Assembly (NCBI GenBank): GCA_046351675.1
Contig: JAXLYB010000002.1
Span: forward strand, 192,001 to 256,000
DNA from: Myxococcaceae bacterium
Lineage (GTDB): Bacteria > Myxococcota > Myxococcia > Myxococcales > Myxococcaceae
Direction of reading: 5' to 3'
Length of the DNA stretch: 64,000 nt
This document shows, piece by piece, positions 1-9,520 of the stretch; the first letter of the stretch is position 1, and every line of letters begins with the position of its first letter. The notes below the pieces were generated by a model that was given only the letters and a program-made list of their open reading frames with translations, did not search any database and was not told where the DNA came from. The position numbers and the translations under genes were made by a program.

Positions 1-55
1 GACGATGATCTCGATGAGCGAGAGGCCTCGTCTGCTGCGCGTTCGTTTGGTCATG
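1..55 (-). CDS. 5' fragment (18 codons) of a prepilin-type N-terminal cleavage/methylation domain protein; gene continues beyond the window edge
   Basis: Reverse complement of 1-55 reads ATG-MTKRTRSRRGLSLIEIIV. The R-G-(L/F)-S/T-L-I-E-hydrophobic motif is the pilin/pseudopilin leader-peptidase site. Confidence 0.4.
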
Positions 56-85
56 CACGGCGCGCACTGCGAACACCGTGCCCGC

Positions 86-130
86 CTCTCTCCCTCTCCT
101 CTTCAGAGGAGAGGGTCGGGGTGAGGAGAG
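86..130. repeat. REP/MITE-like palindromic element (CCCTCTCC-TCTTCAGA-GGAGAGGG + TCGGGGTGAGGAG), copy 1
   Basis: An 8-bp perfect inverted repeat flanks a short loop and is followed by a G-rich tail. The same module recurs at least 19 more times in the window. Confidence 0.8.
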
Positions 131-161
131 AACCTCTTCCTCGAGCCCGACAAATCGTCAC

Positions 162-656
162 TCAGACCCGCACCGGCAGTGCCTTGAAGTGCACCGGGTC
201 GGTGCTGGCCGGCAGACACACCAACACCACCCGCTCGCCCTTCGCGATGCGCGACATCCACTTCGGGTGAAGCACGACGAACGGATTCTCGACCGTCGTC
301 ACCTCGCGAGGCCCGGCGTTCCCGCGAAAGAACGCCTCCTCGACGCTGAGCGACAACCTCGGCTCAGCCGACACGCGCGTGAGCCCCTCGGTCGCGAGCG
401 CCCACCCGCTCTCGGTCACCTGCCCGACGACGAACAGCATCTTCGGCCGCATGTTGCGCACGAACTCGAAGCCGAACGCGATGGCCACCGCGGTCGACAC
501 GAACATCGCCAGGCACACGAACGCACCGCCCGCGAACACCGACACCGCGCTGATGAACATGCCGATGCCGATCGCCGCGACGACGCGAAAGCCCGCGGCC
601 ATCGCGCGCTTCGCACTCGCCGCCCGGTACAGCTCGTCGACTTCGAGGTCGGTCAC
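162..656 (-). CDS. hypothetical membrane protein (2-3 predicted TM helices)
   Basis: 164-aa ORF with an ATG start, a hydrophobic core AAIGIGMFISAVSVFAGGAFVCLAMFV and high GC3. Confidence 0.5.
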   Translation of the reverse strand: MTDLEVDELYRAASAKRAMAAGFRVVAAIGIGMFISAVSVFAGGAFVCLAMFVSTAVAIAFGFEFVRNMRPKMLFVVGQVTESGWALATEGLTRVSAEPRLSLSVEEAFFRGNAGPREVTTVENPFVVLHPKWMSRIAKGERVVLVCLPASTDPVHFKALPVRV

Positions 657-703
657 GTGAGCCGCGAAAACTACCTCAGTTCACATGGCCTCCTGAACCC
701 AAG

Positions 704-710
704 AAGGAGG
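704..710 (+). promoter_or_regulatory. Shine-Dalgarno AAGGAGG, 5 nt upstream of the ATG at 716
   Basis: aagaaggaggtcgccATG. Confidence 0.5.
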
Positions 711-715
711 TCGCC

Positions 716-2023
716 ATGCAGGTCCGCACGTCACTCTTCGCCGCTCTCGTCGTCGCGCTCTGTTCCACCGCTGCTCTCGCGCAGGACAACCCGGAATGCC
801 TCGGCTCGAAGTGCGGCGCGCCGAAGGAAGAAGGCGGCGGAGGTGGCGGCTCCTGCGTCGCGGGCGTCTGCGTCGGCGGCGGCTGCTCGGTGTGGGTCGC
901 GTACACCGACGACGGCAAGACGCTCGCGTACACCGACGACGCCGACGGTGACGGCAAGAGCGACGACACCGACAACTGCCCGTTCTCGACCAACCGCGAC
1001 CAGCTCGACGGCGACGGCGACGGCGTGGGCGACAGCTGCGACACCTGCCTCGCGGCGAGCAACTTCAACCAGCTCGACACCGACGGCGACGGCCAGGGCG
1101 ACGCCTGCGACGACGACCTCGACGGAGACGGCGTGCTCAACGCCGCCGATCTCTGCAGCGGCATCCCCGACCCGAAGCAGCTCGACACCGACGGCGACCA
1201 TCTCGGCGACGCGTGTGACGCCGACGACGACGGCGACGGCATTCTCGACGCGACCGATCTCTGCCCGCTGTTGCCCAACCCCGGCAACACGCCGCTCGCC
1301 GACCCGCGCTGCAACGCCGACCAGGACTTCGACAACGTCAGCGACACCTTCGACAACTGCCTGAGCTCGGTGAACCCCTCGCAGGCCGACTTCGACAGCG
1401 ACGGCCGCGGCGATGCGTGCGACTTGGACCTCGACAACGACGGCATCTTGAACGGCGCCGACAACTGCCCGGGCGCGCGCAACCGCGGCCAGTGGGACGA
1501 AGACGGCGACGGTCTCGGTGACGCGTGTGACGCGCGCTACTGCGTGGTCATCGACCCCAACAACAAGGACGACTGCCTCGACCCCAACGGCCCGTTCCGC
1601 GTGCACGGCGGCGGCTTCGTCACCCTGAAGGCCGGTGAGCAGTTCCGCCTGCCGCTCTTCGCCAACCGCCAGGGCGCCGCCATCGAGTACGTGTGGACCG
1701 TCACCCAGCGTCCCGGCGGCTCGCGCGCTGCCGTGGTGCACCCGCAGGGCGTCACCACGCACGGCACCCGGTGGATGTACTCGTACGAAGCGGGCCGCGC
1801 GCCGACCTTCACCGCCGACGTCGATGGTGATTACGCGCTGCAGCTCCAGGCGAAGCTGGTGTTCGAAGACCGCGCGTACCCGCGCAACCGTGAGTCGACG
1901 AGCTCGCTGAAGATGAGCGCGCTGGGTCGTGGTGCCAACGTCGGCTGCAGCGCCGCCCCGTTCGGAGCCCTCGCCTTCGCCGCCCTGGGCCTGCTGATCA
2001 GCCGCCGCCGCTCGAAGGTTTGA
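716..2023 (+). CDS. secreted thrombospondin type-3 (TSP3) calcium-binding repeat protein with a MYXO-CTERM sorting tail
   Basis: Signal peptide MQVRTSLFAALVVALCSTAALAQD. At least 8 DxDxDGxGDxCD TSP3 repeats. The C-terminus GCSAAPFGALAFAALGLLISRRRSKV (GC + TM + RRR) is the MYXO-CTERM signature. Confidence 0.85.
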   Translation: MQVRTSLFAALVVALCSTAALAQDNPECLGSKCGAPKEEGGGGGGSCVAGVCVGGGCSVWVAYTDDGKTLAYTDDADGDGKSDDTDNCPFSTNRDQLDGDGDGVGDSCDTCLAASNFNQLDTDGDGQGDACDDDLDGDGVLNAADLCSGIPDPKQLDTDGDHLGDACDADDDGDGILDATDLCPLLPNPGNTPLADPRCNADQDFDNVSDTFDNCLSSVNPSQADFDSDGRGDACDLDLDNDGILNGADNCPGARNRGQWDEDGDGLGDACDARYCVVIDPNNKDDCLDPNGPFRVHGGGFVTLKAGEQFRLPLFANRQGAAIEYVWTVTQRPGGSRAAVVHPQGVTTHGTRWMYSYEAGRAPTFTADVDGDYALQLQAKLVFEDRAYPRNRESTSSLKMSALGRGANVGCSAAPFGALAFAALGLLISRRRSKV

Positions 2024-2163
2024 TCCAGCTCGATGCGCGTCGAGTCGCCGCCACGACGTGAGGGTTGGTCCCCCCACCACCCACACGCTTCGTGGCGGCA
2101 AGCCGTTGAAACCACGTGTGCCGCGCCCATGGCGCACCCCTCGCAACCGTCTGGACCGTCGCC

Positions 2164-2958
2164 ATGGGAACGTTCCGGCAAACCCTCGAGATGTGGGCCT
2201 TTGAACCGCGGAAAAAGCCTCGAGACACCGAGGCTCCCGTGGCTCTTCGCTCCCTGAAGAACGTGGCCTTCCCTGCGACCGACGAGCGCCTCCTCGAGGC
2301 GTTGAAGGCGAAGCGGCCCGGCACCTGGTTGCAGTTCTACGACCAGTTCGCGCCGTACGTCCTCGGGGTGCTGCGCAAGGTGATGGGCCCCGACCGCGAG
2401 CTCGAAGACCTGGTGCAGGACATCTTCGCGCGGGCGCTCGAGGGCATCGAGCGGGTGCGCGAAGCAGACAAGTTGAAGCCGTGGCTGCGCGGGCTGACGG
2501 TCTTCACCGCGCGCGAGACGCTGCGGCGCCGCAAGTGGCGCAGCTGGTTGCCGCTGGGCAACCCCGAGGAAGAAGAAGACGTGATTCCCTTTCCCACCAC
2601 CACCGACGCGCTCGAGGAACGGCTGCTGCTGCGCAAGGTGAAGGCCGTGCTCGACTCGATGAACGTCGACGACCGCCTCGCCTTCACGCTGCGCCACCTC
2701 GAAGGGCTCGAGCTGACCGAGGTGGCGGAGACGCTCAAGATGTCGCTCTCCACGGCCAAGCGCCGCATCTGGCGCGCCGAAGAAGAGTTCCGCCGCGCGT
2801 GCGAGCGTGACCGCGACCTGCGTGCCTGCTTCGAAGAGGAAGACGACGCGCCCGAAGAGTCGCTCACCGCCGAGGTGCAGACCGCGCCCGGGGTCGACCC
2901 GTTCAGCGGCAAGCCTGACACCACCGCGCAAGTGCACGTGCTGGAGGTGCGCCGATGA
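2164..2958 (+). CDS. ECF-family RNA polymerase sigma-70 factor (start uncertain; ORF opens at 2116)
   Basis: Region 2 (LQFYDQFAPYVLGVLRKVMG...DLVQDIFARAL) and region 4 (LTEVAETLKMSLSTAKRRIWRA) are present. Its stop overlaps the next start (ATGA at 2955-2958). Confidence 0.8.
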   Translation: MGTFRQTLEMWAFEPRKKPRDTEAPVALRSLKNVAFPATDERLLEALKAKRPGTWLQFYDQFAPYVLGVLRKVMGPDRELEDLVQDIFARALEGIERVREADKLKPWLRGLTVFTARETLRRRKWRSWLPLGNPEEEEDVIPFPTTTDALEERLLLRKVKAVLDSMNVDDRLAFTLRHLEGLELTEVAETLKMSLSTAKRRIWRAEEEFRRACERDRDLRACFEEEDDAPEESLTAEVQTAPGVDPFSGKPDTTAQVHVLEVRR

Positions 2959-4172
2959 GCGCCCTCGACATGAAGAAGGTGGCCGAGCGCCTCGACCGCG
3001 CGAACGAGTCGCAGCGCAACTCGACGCAGATCCTCAACTCCGCGCGCTCGCGCTTCGCCGAGAAGCTGCACGGCATCGACACGCCGGCGCCCTCGCTCTG
3101 GCGTCGCCTGGTGCCGCCCGTCGCGGTGCTCGCGGTCGCCGCGGCGCTCGCGGTGGTGTTCTGGCCCGAGGCGGTGCTCGGCGTGCAGGTGCGCGGCGAG
3201 ACCGGCCCGGTGGAGTTCGTCGACGCGCGCGGTGGTGAGCGCGTGATGGACTTCTCCGACGGCTCGGAAGTGCGCGTGCGCGAAGACGCCCGCGTGCGGC
3301 TGCTCGGCGTGACGTCGAACGGCGCGCAGGTCGCGCTCGAGCGCGGCTCGGCCCACGTCTCGGTCATTCACAAGCAGAAGACGAAGTGGACCTTCTCGGC
3401 CGGCCCGTACCGCGTGCACGTCATCGGCACCCAGTTCGAGCTCAAGTGGAACCCCGACACCGGCGGCCTCGAGGTCGAGATGGACGAAGGCATCGTCGAG
3501 GTCGACGGCCCGGGCCTGCAGCGGCAGCGCGTCACCTCGCGGCAGAAGCTCGAGGCGTTCGCCGAGCCCGCGCGCGCGTCGCTGTACCTCGAGAACCCGG
3601 CGGGGGACACCGAGACGAACGACAAGGGGCTGACCGCGCGCCGTACGAAACGCCCGGCGACGAAGGACGTGAAGGACGAGCCGGTGAAGGTCGAGAAGGG
3701 CAAGGGCTCGGGCGCGTCGTGGCGTCAGCTCGCCGACCAGGGTGACGTGCAGGGCGCGATGGCCGCGGCCGACGAGGCGGGCTTCACGTGGCTGGCCAAC
3801 TCGATGCCGCGCGGCGACGTGCTGGTGCTCGGCGACGTGGCGCGCAAGGCGAAGGACCCGAAGAAGGCGAACGAGGCGTGGCTCGCGGTGCGCGAGCGCT
3901 TCCCCGGCAGCGTGAGCGCGAGCGAGGCGGCGTTGCGCCTGGGCCACCTGGCCGAAGACAAGCACGACGTCGATGGCGCGGTGCGGTGGTTCGAGCAGGC
4001 AGCGCGCGAGGCGCCGAATGCGCCGACCGCTCCGCAGGCGCTCGGTGATTGGCTCGACGTGCTGGTGGGTGCGGGTCGCAAGGCCGAAGCCCGCGAGGTG
4101 GCGACCGAGTACCTGAAGCGCTTCAAGAACGGGCCTGACGCCGCCGCCGCGCGCGCCGCGCTCGCAGACTAA
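2955..4172 (+). CDS. FecR-family anti-sigma factor / sigma regulator with a C-terminal TPR-like domain
   Basis: Single TM (LVPPVAVLAVAAALAVVFW) followed by a FecR domain (VEFVDARGGERVMDFSDGSEVRVREDARVRL...LERGSAHVSV). Translationally coupled to the upstream ECF sigma. Confidence 0.8.
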   Translation: MSALDMKKVAERLDRANESQRNSTQILNSARSRFAEKLHGIDTPAPSLWRRLVPPVAVLAVAAALAVVFWPEAVLGVQVRGETGPVEFVDARGGERVMDFSDGSEVRVREDARVRLLGVTSNGAQVALERGSAHVSVIHKQKTKWTFSAGPYRVHVIGTQFELKWNPDTGGLEVEMDEGIVEVDGPGLQRQRVTSRQKLEAFAEPARASLYLENPAGDTETNDKGLTARRTKRPATKDVKDEPVKVEKGKGSGASWRQLADQGDVQGAMAAADEAGFTWLANSMPRGDVLVLGDVARKAKDPKKANEAWLAVRERFPGSVSASEAALRLGHLAEDKHDVDGAVRWFEQAAREAPNAPTAPQALGDWLDVLVGAGRKAEAREVATEYLKRFKNGPDAAAARAALAD

Positions 4173-4834
4173 CGATCGCCGCGACCAGGCCGCCGCAACG
4201 ACACGAACTGCTCGTACTGCGCCCCGCTCAACGTCGCGCGCGCGGCCTTGTCGGTCTGACGCTGCGCCGCCATCCAGTCCTTCACGGCATCCGCCGAGCG
4301 CGAGTCGAACACCGCCTGGCGCGCATCGGCCTCGGCCTTGAGCCGCTCGACCATCAGCGAGCGTTGATCAACCGACAGCCCCGCACCGTCGAGGAAGGCG
4401 CTGAGCTTCTCGGCCTGCGCCGCCTGGCCCCGCGCGCGGGCTTCGTCGCGCTTGCGCTGTTCCTCGGCGCGCAGCTCGCGCATCACGTCGGCCACCATCG
4501 CGCGGCCACCGTCGGGGTCGAGCCCGAGCGCGTTGCCCTGGCCGAGCGCGCGCACTTCGTCGCGCAGGCGCGCCACTTCGAGCGCCAGCGTCGGATCGAC
4601 GCCGCCGTCGAGCACCGCCACGCCGCGCCGCTCGAGCAGCGTCACGCGGTCCCACAGGTTGCGGGAGTCGTCTTCGAGCAGCTCCACGCGCTTTCGCAGC
4701 TCGAGCATCTCGTCGAGGTTGACTGAAGGCGGGGCTGGCGGTGGCGCGGGAGGTGCCGGCGGCTCGCGAAGAAGAGCGACGCCCAGTGCCACCAGGGCGA
4801 CGAGCAGGCTCGCGATGGGGAGCAGGCGATTCAC
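4169..4834 (-). CDS. hypothetical membrane-anchored coiled-coil protein (GTG start chosen; ORF-track start 4930 reads through a REP element)
   Basis: N-terminal anchor LLPIASLLVALVALGVALL, a proline-rich spacer and a charged coiled-coil. The 32 codons upstream are REP sequence (LTPTLSPGGEGD). Confidence 0.5.
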   Translation of the reverse strand: MNRLLPIASLLVALVALGVALLREPPAPPAPPPAPPSVNLDEMLELRKRVELLEDDSRNLWDRVTLLERRGVAVLDGGVDPTLALEVARLRDEVRALGQGNALGLDPDGGRAMVADVMRELRAEEQRKRDEARARGQAAQAEKLSAFLDGAGLSVDQRSLMVERLKAEADARQAVFDSRSADAVKDWMAAQRQTDKAARATLSGAQYEQFVSLRRPGRGDR

Positions 4835-4847
4835 GATTGGTCCGCCT

Positions 4848-4886
4848 AGCACACTGTCCCCCTCTCCCCCTGGGGAGAGGGTCGGG
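4848..4886. repeat. REP-like element copy (plus a partial inverted half at 4912-4925)
   Basis: cctctccccctggggagagggtcggggtgagggg. Confidence 0.8.
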
Positions 4887-4953
4887 GTGAGGGGTGAACC
4901 GGATCCGTTGAACTGCGCGACTCCCCTCACCCCAGGCGCTAGAGACCGCGCTC

Positions 4954-6111
4954 ATGAACTCCCTGCGCGCGTCGCTCGCCCTGCTCGCCCTCGTCGCCCT
5001 CGCGTGCGGCGAGCCGCCAGGCACCAACCCCGACAGCGGCATCACCAACGACGCAGGCAACACCCCCGACGACGCGGGCACGACCACCGACGCGGGCACG
5101 ACCACCGACGCGGGCACGACCACCGACGCGGGCACGACCACCGACGCGGGCACGAACGACGCCGGCACCGACGCCGGCACCACCTGCCCGCCCGGCCTCC
5201 GCTGCGTGACGACCTTCCCCTTCACCGACACCGCCGACACCACCGACCCCTCACTCCCCGCCGCGCTCGACCACTATTCCTGCTCGCCGAGCACCAACGA
5301 GACGGGCCGCGAGGTGAAGTGGCGCGTCGAGCTCCCCGTCGCGGGCTTCTTGAGCGCCGCGGTGACCGAGATGAACGGCGTCGACGTCGACGTGCACCTG
5401 CTCTCGGCCCTCGACGCGAACGCCTGCCTCGCGCGCGGCAACTTCCACGCGAAGGCCGACGTCGGCCCCGGCACCTATTACGTGGTCGTCGACACCTTCA
5501 CCTCGGGTGGCGTGCCGCAGGCCGGCGCCTTCACCGTCGACATCGGCTTCACCGTGCCCTCGCAGGGCGCGTGCGCGATGGACACCGGCACGCTCTCGCG
5601 CGTGAACGACATGGGCAACTCGCTCGCCATGCCCGCCACCGGACCGATGGCCGTCGAGGCGCACCTCGTGACGCAAGACGAGCCACCGCCCTACCCCGCG
5701 ACCGCGACCGACGAACTCCTCGCGCACTACGCGTTGTCACAGGCGCGCACCGGCTTCGTGATGCACCGCACGCAGGTCTGGGCCCCGCTCGAGGGCGGCA
5801 CCTTCTACGGCGCGGGCATCGGCAGCCCCACGCTGTTCCCCGTCGAGCACGAGGGTTGGTACGTGAACATGTACTGGACCAGCGCGGCGCGGCCCGCGCG
5901 CGGCACGAAGATGATTCTGCGCACGCCCGGCTCGAGCCGCGCGGTGGTCGTCGCCGCGGGCTACGAGACCGGCCCCGGCGACCTCTCGTTCATCGGCGGC
6001 ACGCCCGAGGAATCGCACTTCTACCTGGGCACCGGCCACGGCAGCGTGCTGCAGCTGGGCATCGCGACTGATCAATCGCTGCCGTTCGGCCCGCGCACCT
6101 GCGCGCCCTGA
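4954..6111 (+). CDS. lipoprotein with (TTTDAG)n low-complexity linker and a pre-peptidase-C-terminal-like beta domain
   Basis: Lipobox LVALAC-G. Five tandem DAGTTT repeats. A Cys-containing beta-rich C-terminal domain. Confidence 0.7.
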   Translation: MNSLRASLALLALVALACGEPPGTNPDSGITNDAGNTPDDAGTTTDAGTTTDAGTTTDAGTTTDAGTNDAGTDAGTTCPPGLRCVTTFPFTDTADTTDPSLPAALDHYSCSPSTNETGREVKWRVELPVAGFLSAAVTEMNGVDVDVHLLSALDANACLARGNFHAKADVGPGTYYVVVDTFTSGGVPQAGAFTVDIGFTVPSQGACAMDTGTLSRVNDMGNSLAMPATGPMAVEAHLVTQDEPPPYPATATDELLAHYALSQARTGFVMHRTQVWAPLEGGTFYGAGIGSPTLFPVEHEGWYVNMYWTSAARPARGTKMILRTPGSSRAVVVAAGYETGPGDLSFIGGTPEESHFYLGTGHGSVLQLGIATDQSLPFGPRTCAP

Positions 6112-6112
6112 C

Positions 6113-7705
6113 TCACTTCTTGAGGAAGTTGCGTTCCCACTCGTTGAGCGAGCGCTCGACCTTCGCGCGCTTGGGCACCGTGTCGGCCGCCGCGGCGTCG
6201 ATGCGGTAGCGCCCGAGGAACTGCAGCGCCGTCGGGTCGAGGTTCTTCTTCTTCTTCGCGCGCGCCTCGAGCTTCGCGATGCGGTCCTTCAGCTGCTTCA
6301 CCGTCGCCGGCGGAGGCGGGTTCTTCTTGTTCGGCACGCGGTCGACCACGTCGTCCACGCCCGCGTCAGCCTCGTCGTCGTCAGCCGTGCCCGCGTCGAC
6401 CACCGCGGCGACCGCGGGGCCCGCATCGAGAACTTCAGCGACCGCCGGAGCTCCCGCGTCGACCACCGCCACCGGCGCCGGGGGCCCCGCATCGACGACC
6501 ACCGCGGGCACGTCGGCCACGGGCGGCACCACGGGCTCGGGTTCCTTCGGGCGCGTCAGCACCCACACCGCCGCCGCCACCACCAGGCCGAGCGCGACCA
6601 CCAGGCCCACGCCGCGGTAGTTGCGCCGCCGCTCGACGACGCTCAGCTCACCGGGCGTGTGCGTCGACACGTCGGGCAGCGACGGCGCGGGCCGCGACGG
6701 CTCGGGCGCGGGCGCCATCTGCTGGAACATCGGCGGCAGGCGCGGGGCCGAGCTGCCGGGCACGAACGCCGCGTGCTCGCGCGAGCTGCGCGGCCGCGGC
6801 GCACCCAGCGCCATCACCACGTCTTCGAGCCCGGCGCGCACCTCGTCGACGGTCTGCGGGCGGCTCTCCGGCGCCTTCGAGAGCATGCGCAGCACGAGCG
6901 CGTCGAGCTCGTCGGGCAGGTCGGGCACCAGCGACTTCGGCGACGGCGGCGCGCTGCTGACGTGCGCGACCATCACGTCCATCGGCGTCGCGCCGATGAA
7001 GGGCATGCGCCCGGTGATGAGCTCGAAGGCCACCACGCCCAGCGCGTAGATGTCGGACCGCGGAGAGATGGCCAGCCCGCGCGCCTGCTCCGGCGCCATG
7101 TAGTCGGGCGTGCCGCTCACCGTGGCCTGGTTGGTCTGCTTGGTGTTGCCGTCGAGCCCCAGCGCGCGCTTGGCGAGCCCGAAGTCGAGCAGCTTCAAGA
7201 AGCGCGTCCCGTCGGCCTGGCGGCAGACGAAGATGTTCGACGGCTTCAGGTCGCGGTGGATGACGTTGGCCCGGTGCGCGGCCGAGAGCGGCGCGCACAT
7301 CTCGAGCAACAGCTCCATCGCGGTGAGCAGCGGCACGCGCCCGCCCTGCTTGTGGAGCCACGCGTCGAGGGGCTCGCCCTCGAGGTACTCCATGATGATG
7401 TACGGGCGGCCGTCGGGCAGCTGGCCCAGCGAGAAGATGTCGATGATGCCGCGGTGGCCGATGGCGTTGACCGACTCGGCCTCGGCGATCAGCCGCTGCA
7501 CCTGGTGCTCGTCACCGGCGACTTCGGGCTTGAGCACCTTGATGGCGACCCGCTTCTTGATGAGCGGGTGCACGCCCCGGTACACGACACCCATCCCCCC
7601 CTCGCCGACGGGCTCGAGAATCTCGTACTCCCCCACGTGCTGACCCAGGAGTGGATCGCGCGTCAGCGGAATCGGCGGGGGAATGGGTGGGGGTTGCTCT
7701 GCCAC
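6113..7705 (-). CDS. serine/threonine protein kinase with a proline-rich linker and C-terminal TM/extracytoplasmic tail
   Basis: Hanks motifs are all present: GEGGMGVVY, AIK, HRDLKPSNIF, DFG and GTPDYMAPE. Confidence 0.9.
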   Translation of the reverse strand: MAEQPPPIPPPIPLTRDPLLGQHVGEYEILEPVGEGGMGVVYRGVHPLIKKRVAIKVLKPEVAGDEHQVQRLIAEAESVNAIGHRGIIDIFSLGQLPDGRPYIIMEYLEGEPLDAWLHKQGGRVPLLTAMELLLEMCAPLSAAHRANVIHRDLKPSNIFVCRQADGTRFLKLLDFGLAKRALGLDGNTKQTNQATVSGTPDYMAPEQARGLAISPRSDIYALGVVAFELITGRMPFIGATPMDVMVAHVSSAPPSPKSLVPDLPDELDALVLRMLSKAPESRPQTVDEVRAGLEDVVMALGAPRPRSSREHAAFVPGSSAPRLPPMFQQMAPAPEPSRPAPSLPDVSTHTPGELSVVERRRNYRGVGLVVALGLVVAAAVWVLTRPKEPEPVVPPVADVPAVVVDAGPPAPVAVVDAGAPAVAEVLDAGPAVAAVVDAGTADDDEADAGVDDVVDRVPNKKNPPPPATVKQLKDRIAKLEARAKKKKNLDPTALQFLGRYRIDAAAADTVPKRAKVERSLNEWERNFLKK

Positions 7706-7783
7706 GGGTGGGACCCCTGCATATTCCCACGATTGGGGCGTGTCGCTGAGTTCTTCCCCGCGCTTTCAGGCCTCGAAATACGC

Positions 7784-8260
7784 CTACTTGATGCGCAGGA
7801 GGATCGAGTCGAACACCGCTTCCTCGATTCGTTCGAGCGCGGGGTCGAGGAGCCCCTTGAAGTCGGCCACCACGCGCGTGCTGGTGCCGGCCTGCTTGAG
7901 CGCGCTGGTGATGACCGCCTGCCCCATCACCGGCTCGACCGAGCGCCCGAGGTTGAGCGTCACGGGCACGGTCGCGCCCTCGGTGAAGCCAGCCTGCATG
8001 ATGGTGATGAACGAGGTGCACGACAGCTCGCGGGTCATCGACTTCTTGCCGTCGACCTCGATGTTGAAGAGCTGCGCCACGCGCACCGCGCGCCGCGGCA
8101 AGACGCCATCGGGCGCCTTCTGGCCCTGCGTTTCCATCAGCGAGCGCGCCAGCTCGTCACGCATCGCCAGGTAGCGCGCCTTCTCGTTGTCGTTGAGCGC
8201 CTTCTTCTTCCACTGGTCGTGCATCACCCTGAACGAGATGAGCCACTTCTCGGCATCCAT
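7784..8260 (-). CDS. hypothetical protein, possibly PilZ-like
   Basis: 158-aa ORF between the kinase and tmk on the same strand. An RRAVR motif resembles the PilZ RxxxR motif, and the second motif (LSCTSF) is degenerate. Confidence 0.45.
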   Translation of the reverse strand: MDAEKWLISFRVMHDQWKKKALNDNEKARYLAMRDELARSLMETQGQKAPDGVLPRRAVRVAQLFNIEVDGKKSMTRELSCTSFITIMQAGFTEGATVPVTLNLGRSVEPVMGQAVITSALKQAGTSTRVVADFKGLLDPALERIEEAVFDSILLRIK

Positions 8261-8328
8261 GGGCGCTCAATCTACTTCGCGCGAGGCGGAACGTCAGGCT
8301 TCCGCCCGCCGTGGAACGGCTACATCCG

Positions 8329-8964
8329 TCAGGCGGGCTCGACACCGAGCGGCGTGCGCTCGCGAATCGCGCTGAGCACCGCGGCGAACACCGTGTCCGG
8401 CGAGCCGCTGCCGTCGATGGTGACCACGTGCGGCTCGCGAATCGAGAGGAACGCGTCGCGCACCTTCGTCAGCGCGTCGAGGGTCTCGAAGAGGTCCTGG
8501 CCTTCACCGCGCGCGGCGATGCGCTGCACGCTGAGCTTCGGCTCGACGTCGACCAGCACCACCACGTGCGGCCGCGGGGCGAACGCGCGGTTGAGCGCGA
8601 GCAGCGCCTTCGGGTCGAGCCCGCGCGCGCCCTGGTACGCGGCGGTCGAGTAGTAGTAGCGGTCGATGACCACCACCGCGCCGCGCTGCAACGCGGGTTT
8701 GATCAACGTGGCGACGTGTTCCTTGCGGTCTTCGACGAACGCGTTCAGCTCGTCCTCGGGCGAGAGCCGCTCGGTGAAGCGCGCCGCGCGAATCTTCTTT
8801 CCCCACGGGCCATCGGTGGGCTCGCGGCTGCGCACCACTTCGTAACCGCGCGCCTCGACCCAGTCGGCGAAGCGGCGCGCCTGCGTCGACTTGCCCGAGC
8901 CGTCGATGCCCTCGAAGGCGATGAGCAAGCCACCCTCGAGCCGTCGCTGCGCTTCTTTCGTCAC
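8329..8964 (-). CDS. tmk: thymidylate kinase (dTMP kinase)
   Basis: P-loop LIAFEGIDGSGKSTQ, DRY motif, and a length of 211 aa. Confidence 0.85.
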   Translation of the reverse strand: MTKEAQRRLEGGLLIAFEGIDGSGKSTQARRFADWVEARGYEVVRSREPTDGPWGKKIRAARFTERLSPEDELNAFVEDRKEHVATLIKPALQRGAVVVIDRYYYSTAAYQGARGLDPKALLALNRAFAPRPHVVVLVDVEPKLSVQRIAARGEGQDLFETLDALTKVRDAFLSIREPHVVTIDGSGSPDTVFAAVLSAIRERTPLGVEPA

Positions 8965-8992
8965 CCCGCCCGATTACCCGTAGGCTGCGGCC

Positions 8993-9520
8993 ATGTCGAA
9001 CGTCGCAAGCGCGCCGTCGCGCGTGGTGAAGGCGGTGCCGCTCGAGCCCGAGGCCTTCCACCCGTTCGGGCGCGTGGTGTCGGCGGGGCTGACCAGCGGC
9101 AACGCGGCGAACCAGGGCACCGCGGTGCGCTTCGACTGGAGCACCGAGCTGATCAGCACCCGCCCCGACGCGAAGCCCAACCTCGCGGTGTTCCGCTCGG
9201 TGGCGCGCGTGCTGCCCCTCGACCTCACGCTGCTCGAGCGGCACCCGTGCTCGACGCAGGTCTTCCTGCCGATGATCGTCTCGCGCTACCTGGTGTGCGT
9301 CGCGCCGACCTCGCCGCGCGATGGCCTGCCGGTGCTCGAGGAACTGCGGGCGTTTCTCTGCGGGCCGGGCCAGGGCATCGCGTACGCGCCGGGCACGTGG
9401 CACCACCCGATGGTCGCGCTCGGGCAGCTCTCGGAGTTCGCGATGCTCGCGTGGGAAGACGGCACGCCGCGCGACTGCGAGGTGCACACCCTCGACGCGC
9501 CCGTGCGCATCATCGCGTGA
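8993..9520 (+). CDS. ureidoglycolate lyase/hydrolase (AllA) family cupin protein
   Basis: 175 aa with an ERHPCSTQVFLPM core typical of the ureidoglycolate hydrolase family. Confidence 0.7.
   Translation: MSNVASAPSRVVKAVPLEPEAFHPFGRVVSAGLTSGNAANQGTAVRFDWSTELISTRPDAKPNLAVFRSVARVLPLDLTLLERHPCSTQVFLPMIVSRYLVCVAPTSPRDGLPVLEELRAFLCGPGQGIAYAPGTWHHPMVALGQLSEFAMLAWEDGTPRDCEVHTLDAPVRIIA

Noticed and set aside
78-1364. 428-aa + strand ORF with Thr/Ala/Pro/Arg low-complexity translation
   Set aside because: It is out of frame over the TSP3 gene and antisense to the 162-656 membrane gene. It starts inside a REP element. Its composition is typical of spurious frames in 70% GC DNA.
731-2146. 471-aa minus-strand ORF
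   Set aside because: Fully antisense to the well-supported TSP3/MYXO-CTERM gene. Translation is Val/Ala/Gly-rich with no motifs.
2023-2160. Candidate ECF-type promoter (GAAAC...N17...) upstream of the ECF sigma gene
   Set aside because: The match to the GGAAC/CGTC consensus is too weak to call from sequence alone.
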